From NCBI GenBank assembly GCA_053919585.1, contig CM132797.1: DNA of 64,000 nucleotides. One strand, written 5' to 3'. The position numbers were made by a program, and so were the translations under genes. The notes under the pieces were generated by a model. That model had not been told where the DNA came from and did no database searches. It saw nothing but the letters and a program-made list of their open reading frames with translations. Shown here in pieces: positions 62,001-64,000 of the stretch. Numbering within the stretch: the first letter of the stretch is position 1; each line of letters begins with the position of its first letter. This stretch comes from Euprymna scolopes. Its lineage: Eukaryota.

Positions 62001-64000
62001 ATTTATTAGGCATTGCTGGAAGGTCACTTCCACGCCGCCATAACAATTTTCCATGTTCTTCCTGGGCACGTGATCTCAATAAGGCGTGAATCCAGTCTCA
62101 GCTTTTCTGTCTTCTTGCTTTCTTTTTGTGGCGAGAGAGACACGCATAGTTGAGCATTAAAGAAAGATGAGTAATGAATATGAAATGAACGAAATTGACA
62201 TGCCACAGATATCAAGATAAAAACAGTAAGCTAGAGAAGATACAGACAAATTAACACTGATGAGAAAACATTGTCAGACTCACCTTCTATACTAAAATTC
62301 GCGTCTTCTGGCTGGGGAAAAATCAACATTGATGCAGCTTCTATTGTCTGTTGATGAATACTGGCATAATAGTTAGAGTACAAATATCTGTATTCAGAAA
62401 TCTGCAATACGAAAATAAAAAAATAAATATTTCATTTTAATTTGATTCTTGAAACAATTGATTGTTATTTCATGTTGAAAATTTGGTGTGTCATTATAAA
62501 GTATAAAAAGTACCAAAATCGCGTTAAATTGTGAAAAAAAAACAATAAGGATTGTAAGCTCCTAAGTAACATTTTAGAAATACTTAGGAGAGATACAATT
62601 TGATTACTCATTCTTACTATTGATAAATTTGTTCTAACAGTAGATTTGAGGATGACTATGTTGTAGAACCGAAGTAAGCAGTACTAAGGTAATGTATTTC
62701 ACAAATGGGAACTTCTTTGCCTTTACTGAGGTGATTGACGACTTTATATTTATCCTAGATTAGAACAATTATTTACGATGCATTGGTGATTAATTGGTCT
62801 ATACTGAAATGAAGATGACCGATCTTCATTTTCACGTTGAATATTCAGAGAGTGGTAAGGGAGAGAGAAAAAAGAAAGAAAAAGACAGAGAAATGGAAAA
62901 ATTCCATTTCATTCTTCCGTCTGATCATTCATAATTTTGAAAAACACAACTTAAATATTTCCCATGACGTCTCAACTCTTAAAGAGATTACCATGGTACT
63001 GCTTCACTGCAGTCTATGACATAGCCGAGTTGAAGTTTTTTTCATAGACTCTAAGTGGGTGATTAAATTTTGTCGTTGAATTAATCAGTTTCAATCCTTT
63101 AATAACATTCGTGATCATTCAAGTGACAATCTTTCCTCCTAATAAATAAACCTTGATCTTTTAAAACATTAGTTTAAAAAGACTACAAATCTATTGTCTT
63201 CTATGACCGTCCACAGTTCATCCTTTAATTTAGTTGTTGATTAACTATATGTGTCCTTGTGTTTCCTGTGTCTGTGTGTAATATTAAGTGCAAATTACGA
63301 TGCAAGATGAAACAAAAAGCAAAACTACAAGGAAAAACCTTTTGAAAAGTGTTTAGAAAAAGTGGCAAATTTACCAAACGAATTTGGATCAAATATGTAG
63401 GGATTCGAAGGGATTGTGATGAGAGGTAAATTATTTAATGGTATTTCACTGTCATACCAATCCATTGGAGCTGAAGAATTATTTGTGAATCAAACATTGA
63501 ATATCTCTTAAATGGATGCAATACAAGGAGAGAAAAGGATACAGGATAATATGCACCTGGGAGAGAAACGTGCACTGAAAATACAATACGGTGGTTAAAT
63601 TTATTAGGCATTGCTGGAAGGTCACTTCCACGCCGCCATAACAATTTTCCATGTTCTTCCTGGGCACGTGATCTCAATAAGGCGTGAATCCAGTCTCAGC
63701 TTTTCTGTATTCTTGCTTTCTTTTTGTGGCGAGAGAAACATGCATAGTTGAGCATTAAAGAAAGATGAGTAATGAATATGAAATGAACGAAATTGACATG
63801 CCACAGATATCAAGATAAAAACAGTAAGCTAGAGAAGATACAGACAAATTAACACTGATGAGAAAACATTGTCAGACTCACCTTCTATACTACAATTCCC
63901 GTCTTCTGGCTGGGGAAAAATCAACATTGATGCAGCTTCTATTGTCTGTTGATGAATACTGGCATAATAGTTAGAGTACAAATATCTGTATTCAGAAATC

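Larger units (their letters stand above)
30742..64000. repeat. Tandem array (macrosatellite) of a ~1.6 kb unit, ~21 copies, running off the window
   Basis: Equivalent ORFs recur at 31264, 32866, 34466, 36068, 37665 ... 60027 (period ~1594-1602); copies differ by scattered SNPs and homopolymer lengths; the first copy is the most divergent. Confidence 0.98.

Noticed and set aside
31264-63813. The ~100 short ORFs (60-126 aa) in the tandem array as independent genes
   Set aside because: They overlap in several frames, recur only because the unit repeats, run through apparent intronic polypyrimidine tracts and show no recognisable domain
30742-64000. Array as rDNA, 5S, histone or snRNA cluster, or CRISPR
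   Set aside because: No recognisable rRNA, 5S, histone or snRNA sequence in the unit; no repeat-spacer structure; context is eukaryotic

Overview
AT-rich, repeat-dominated eukaryotic DNA (animal, probably invertebrate) with no intact host gene. From left to right: (1) a divergent, full-length U2 snRNA-like gene on the minus strand with a PSE-like element; (2) a 5'-truncated LOA/R1-group LINE; (3) a ~10 kb Helentron-type Helitron (minus strand, ~2.34-12.29 kb). Its frameshifted Rep-Pif1 polyprotein ends in an in-frame USP/C19 deubiquitinase-like domain and begins with a DIELNPGP 2A-like motif. Its 5' non-coding part has two tRNA-like Pol III cassettes and a ~180 bp minisatellite interrupted by a CR1-type LINE; (4) a decayed, internally duplicated multi-exon Ser/Thr-rich gene relic (12.6-19.8 kb, + strand) interrupted by another LINE; (5) an RTE-type SINE nested in a palindrome, hATm and mariner fragments, a Gmr1-like Gypsy relic and a BEL/Pao fragment; (6) from ~30.74 kb to the window end, ~21 tandem copies of a ~1.6 kb unit. 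Each unit carries exon-like cassettes with canonical splice sites on the minus strand and is homologous (inverted) to the 13 kb relic, so this satellite is built from a gene fragment. All calls are by eye; no database searches were run.
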